Positions 46,577-49,892 of a DNA stretch of 49,892 nt are shown here, piece by piece. Origin of the DNA: Chthonomonadaceae bacterium (lineage in GTDB: Bacteria; Armatimonadota; Chthonomonadetes; Chthonomonadales; Chthonomonadaceae); NCBI GenBank assembly GCA_035650735.1, contig DASRGZ010000186.1, forward strand, positions 1 through 49,892, in the 5' to 3' direction. A program made the translations under genes and the position numbers. The stretch's first letter is position 1. Every line of letters starts with the position of its first letter. The notes under the pieces were generated by a model. The model was not told the DNA's origin and ran no database searches. It was given only the letters and a program-made list of their open reading frames with translations.

Positions 46577-46864
46577 AGTGCCTAACAAAGCTTGGCTGTG
46601 AGGCTCTCCCCTCACCCCGGCCCTCTCCCTGCAAGGCAGAGGGAGTACGGTTTTGTTAGAGGCTCTTAACGCAGACAGTCGGCAATCGGCAATCGGCAGC
46701 CGGGAAAGAGAGAATCCTTAGAGCCTCTCCCGAGAAGAAGGTTTTCCCATCTCGGCAGAACGTCTCATAGGATAGGTTCTTAGCGCCGTGCATCCAGGGA
46801 TGCGCACGGCGCCCTGGCCCTTGTCTCTTATCTCGCCTGCCGACGGCCTACTTCCTACTGCCTT
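46572..46864. repeat. Mixed palindromic and short-period repeat tract between sbp and ftsA
   Basis: CTAACAAA...TTTGTTAG encloses a CCCTCACCCCGGCCCTCTCCC..GAGGG hairpin; 7-nt units (A/G)TCGGCA x3 at about 46678-46699. Confidence 0.6.
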
Positions 46865-46879
46865 CACCGGGTAAAGAGG

Positions 46880-48127
46880 TTGGCCAGAAACGAAGTTATC
46901 ACGGGCCTGGATATTGGAACCACGAAAATCTGCGCCCTCATCGCCGAGCTGACCGAGCACGGAGAGTTGCTTGTCACCGGGATTGGGGTCGCGCCCTCGC
47001 CGGGGATGAAGAAGGGCGTGGTCGTGGACATCGAATCCACCACGCGCGCTGTCGAGGAGGCCGTCGCCAAGGCGTCCCGGCAGGCCGGGCGCGAGGTGGA
47101 ATCGGTTTACGTCGGCGTCACGGGGGAGCACATTGCCTCGCTCAATAGCAGCGGGGTTATCGCTATCACCCACCCGGATCGCGAGATCACAAACGCCGAT
47201 GTGGAACGGGCCCTGGAGGCGGCGCGCGTCATCGTCCTGCCTCCCGACCGCCATATACTGCACGCCATCCCGCGATCTTATTCCATTGATGGGCAGAACG
47301 GCATCCGTCACCCGGTCGGCATGAGCGGCACGCGCCTGGAGGTGCAGACTCATATCGTCCACGGCGCGACCACCTTCCTGCAAAACGTCGAAAAGTGCGT
47401 GACCCGGGCCGGTCTGGAGGTCGCCGAAGAAGTTTTAGAGCCCATTGCCACCGGCGAAGCGGTTTTGCTGCCAGCAGAGAAGGAATTAGGGGTCTGTCTG
47501 GTAGATATAGGAGGCGGCACTTCGGATCTCGCCGTTTTCGTCAACGGCGAGATCTATTACTCCGCGGTGATTCCGGTCGGGGGCAACCATGTCACCAACG
47601 ACGTGGCCTATGGCCTGACGGTGGCCCGCGATGAGGCCGAGCGCCTGAAAACGGAGAACGGCAGCGCGCTCACCGAACAGGTGCCGGAAGAGGACGTGAT
47701 CCTGGTGCGCCAGATCGGCCGGGAAGAGGGGCGCAAGCTGCGCCGCCGCGCCCTGGTCCAGATCATCGAGCCGCGCATGCAGGAACTCTTTCAACTAGTA
47801 CACGACGAACTGGTCCGCGCCGACTGCCTGCGCCTGATCCCGGCGGGCCTGGTGCTCAGTGGGGGCGGCAGCCAGCTAAAAGGGTGCGCCGATATTGCCC
47901 AGCAGGTCATGGGCCTGTCGGTGCGCATCGGCAAGCCGCAGGGCATCGGCGGACTTGGCGAGACACTGACGAACCCGATCTACGCGACCGCCGTGGGCCT
48001 GGTGCTCTACGGCGCGCGTCAGATGCGCCATTCACAGCAGCTCGCCCGCGCTCATGCCCGGTCTGCCGGCGGACTGCGCGGCGTATGGCGCTGGCTCAAA
48101 AGCTTTTTTGATAGCTTCCGGCCTTGA
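46880..48127 (+). CDS. ftsA: Cell division protein FtsA
   Basis: GLDIGTTKI, VDIGGGTSD, GGNHVTND, LSGGGS, ATAVGL. Confidence 0.97.
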   Translation: MARNEVITGLDIGTTKICALIAELTEHGELLVTGIGVAPSPGMKKGVVVDIESTTRAVEEAVAKASRQAGREVESVYVGVTGEHIASLNSSGVIAITHPDREITNADVERALEAARVIVLPPDRHILHAIPRSYSIDGQNGIRHPVGMSGTRLEVQTHIVHGATTFLQNVEKCVTRAGLEVAEEVLEPIATGEAVLLPAEKELGVCLVDIGGGTSDLAVFVNGEIYYSAVIPVGGNHVTNDVAYGLTVARDEAERLKTENGSALTEQVPEEDVILVRQIGREEGRKLRRRALVQIIEPRMQELFQLVHDELVRADCLRLIPAGLVLSGGGSQLKGCADIAQQVMGLSVRIGKPQGIGGLGETLTNPIYATAVGLVLYGARQMRHSQQLARAHARSAGGLRGVWRWLKSFFDSFRP

Positions 48128-48210
48128 GACGCCGCAAGACAGCCAAGCGCCTCATTCGCCGTTCTATCCTAAACCATCACGGTCAACTTTTCCAGCTAAG
48201 AATAGGCACC

Positions 48211-48420
48211 ACCTAACCTCCCATCCCCCTTCCCTCGTAGGGAAGGGAGTGACCCGGCTTCTCCGCTCCCCTAGAATCGCGGAGGGCCAGTGGGGAAAGG
48301 ACAACCCGGCTTCTGCTCTCCCTTCTCCCTTGGAGGGAGAAGGGCTGGGGATGAGGGTAGAACAAGGCTTCTGCTCTCCCCTCTCCGGCAGCGACGGGAG
48401 AGGGGTCGGGGGTGAGGGCC
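48211..48420. repeat. Composite palindromic element between ftsA and ftsZ
   Basis: Three CCCTTC/CCCCTC..GGG hairpins linked by GGCTTCT(G/C)C; the reverse complement matches the murD insertion. Confidence 0.88.
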
Positions 48421-48493
48421 ATCCTGTCCAGGGGTGAGGCCACTGGAGGCACATACTCGCAGAGACGTTATTCACGGGGAAGGGCGCATACCG

Positions 48494-49699
48494 ATGCTCA
48501 ATAATTCATTCAATGGCAATCATCAACCCGATCCGGGTTCGGCACACATCAAGGTCATTGGTGTTGGCGGCGGCGGCACCAATGCCGTCAACCGGATGAT
48601 CGAGTCGGGGCTGAGCGGGGTAGAGTTCCTGGCGATGAACACGGATGTTCAGGTGCTCAATATCTCCAAGGCCCCTCGCAAGCTCCAGTTGGGAGAGAAC
48701 TCCACGCGCGGCCTGGGCGCTGGCGGCAACCCGGAGATCGGGCGTGCCGCCGCCGAGGAGAGCAAGAGCGAAATCAAAAAGGCGATGGACGGCGCCGACA
48801 TGGTCTTCATCACAGCCGGGATGGGAGGCGGCACCGGCACCGGCGCTGCGCCCATCATTGCCGAGCTTGCCCGCGAAATCGGCGCGCTGACCGTAGCGGT
48901 CGTCACCAAGCCGTTTAATTTCGAAGGGCCGCGCCGTATGCGCCTGGCCGAAGAGGGCGTGGAAAACCTGCGGAGCAAGGTGGACACGGTCATTATCGTC
49001 CCGAATGACAAGCTGCTCTCCATCGGCGACCGGCGCATGACGCTGGTGGAAGCCTTCCGCATGGCCGACGATGTGCTGCGGCAGGGCGTGCAGGGCATCT
49101 CCGACATTATTACCATCCCCGGCATGATCAACGTGGACTTCGCCGACGTGCGCGCCATCATGTCCAATGCGGGATCGGCCCTGATGGGCATCGGCATGGG
49201 CAGCGGCGATCACCGCGCCGTCGAGGCCGCCCAGAACGCCGTCTCTTCGCAATTGCTGGAAACCAGCATCAACGGAGCCACGCGCGTCCTGGTCAACGTC
49301 ACCTCCGGCAATGATCTGACCCTGGCCGAATTTACCGAGGCTGCCGACCAGATCCACCAACTCTGCGATCAGAATGACGCCAATATCATCTTCGGCTGGG
49401 TGGCGGACCCGAATCTGGAAGGTGAGGTACACGTGACGGTGCTAGCGACCGGCTTCAACGATTATAACCAGCCGGCCCGCCGTGAGCAGTCCCATCCGAC
49501 GATGACCGGGCGCGAGGCCGCGCAGACCCCACGCCCCTATCATACGGTGGACGTCCGTTCGTCCGCGCAGCCGCCTGCCGCCAACGCGCCTCAGGCACCG
49601 CGCGCAGCAGAGCCACAGCAGCCGCAGCCGCCAGCCCAGGAGCCGCGCAAGCCAAGCAGCGACGACCTGGATATCCCGGCCTTCCTGCGACGACGGTAG
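48494..49699 (+). CDS. ftsZ: Cell division protein FtsZ
   Basis: [29 protein letters not shown]-terminal [10 protein letters not shown]. Confidence 0.98.
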   Translation: MLNNSFNGNHQPDPGSAHIKVIGVGGGGTNAVNRMIESGLSGVEFLAMNTDVQVLNISKAPRKLQLGENSTRGLGAGGNPEIGRAAAEESKSEIKKAMDGADMVFITAGMGGGTGTGAAPIIAELAREIGALTVAVVTKPFNFEGPRRMRLAEEGVENLRSKVDTVIIVPNDKLLSIGDRRMTLVEAFRMADDVLRQGVQGISDIITIPGMINVDFADVRAIMSNAGSALMGIGMGSGDHRAVEAAQNAVSSQLLETSINGATRVLVNVTSGNDLTLAEFTEAADQIHQLCDQNDANIIFGWVADPNLEGEVHVTVLATGFNDYNQPARREQSHPTMTGREAAQTPRPYHTVDVRSSAQPPAANAPQAPRAAEPQQPQPPAQEPRKPSSDDLDIPAFLRRR

Positions 49700-49767
49700 C
49701 GTCGGCCCCAGAAGACCTCACCCTATCCCCTACTTCTAGGGGCGGACCTAGAGCGGCAGGCTAAACC

Positions 49768-49892
49768 CCATACTCGTTGAATGGCCGTTCGCTCGTAGCG
49801 CGCTGTTGTCTGTCCTTGAGTGTTACCGACAGCAGAAAATTCAATGCTTGCCATCAATAACCGCTCTGCTTCGGGTACAACGTCTGTCCATA
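49768..49892. mobile_element. Second copy of the 170-bp MITE (cut by the window end)
   Basis: 125 nt matching 11296-11420 with 2 mismatches, preceded by GCGGCAGGCTAAACC. Confidence 0.85.

Overview
GC-rich bacterial window. The gene style and the dcw organisation with DUF881/sbp plus a PEP-CTERM protein suggest Armatimonadota or a related Terrabacteria lineage; this is inference, not a database result. The left half (1-25 kb) holds mostly carbohydrate and small-molecule catabolic genes (DUF1080, GH29 fucosidase, SDR, cupin, alpha/beta hydrolase, enolase-superfamily enzyme, Tat-exported TIM barrel, ceramidase-like, RraA, ADP-ribosylglycohydrolase-like, xylose isomerase). It also has a cyclophilin, a lone NurA nuclease, an ankyrin protein and two IS remnants. 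The right half is a dcw cluster (mraZ-rsmH-ftsL-ftsI-murE-murF-mraY-murD-ftsW-murG-murC-ddl-ftsQ-DUF881-sbp-ftsA-ftsZ) without murB, interrupted between ftsI and murE by a vsr / C5-methyltransferase / DUF4928-like nuclease cassette. The most striking unexplained structure is a set of nested non-coding repeat elements: (i) a 170-bp MITE inserted twice into the loop of the same GCGGCAGG-N6-CCTGCCGC palindrome, with empty sites also present; (ii) modular palindromic repeats, one 222-bp composite of which is translated in frame inside murD; (iii) four intergenic hairpins built from 9-nt periodic units, two of them nested. Product calls come from motif recognition only; no searches were run.
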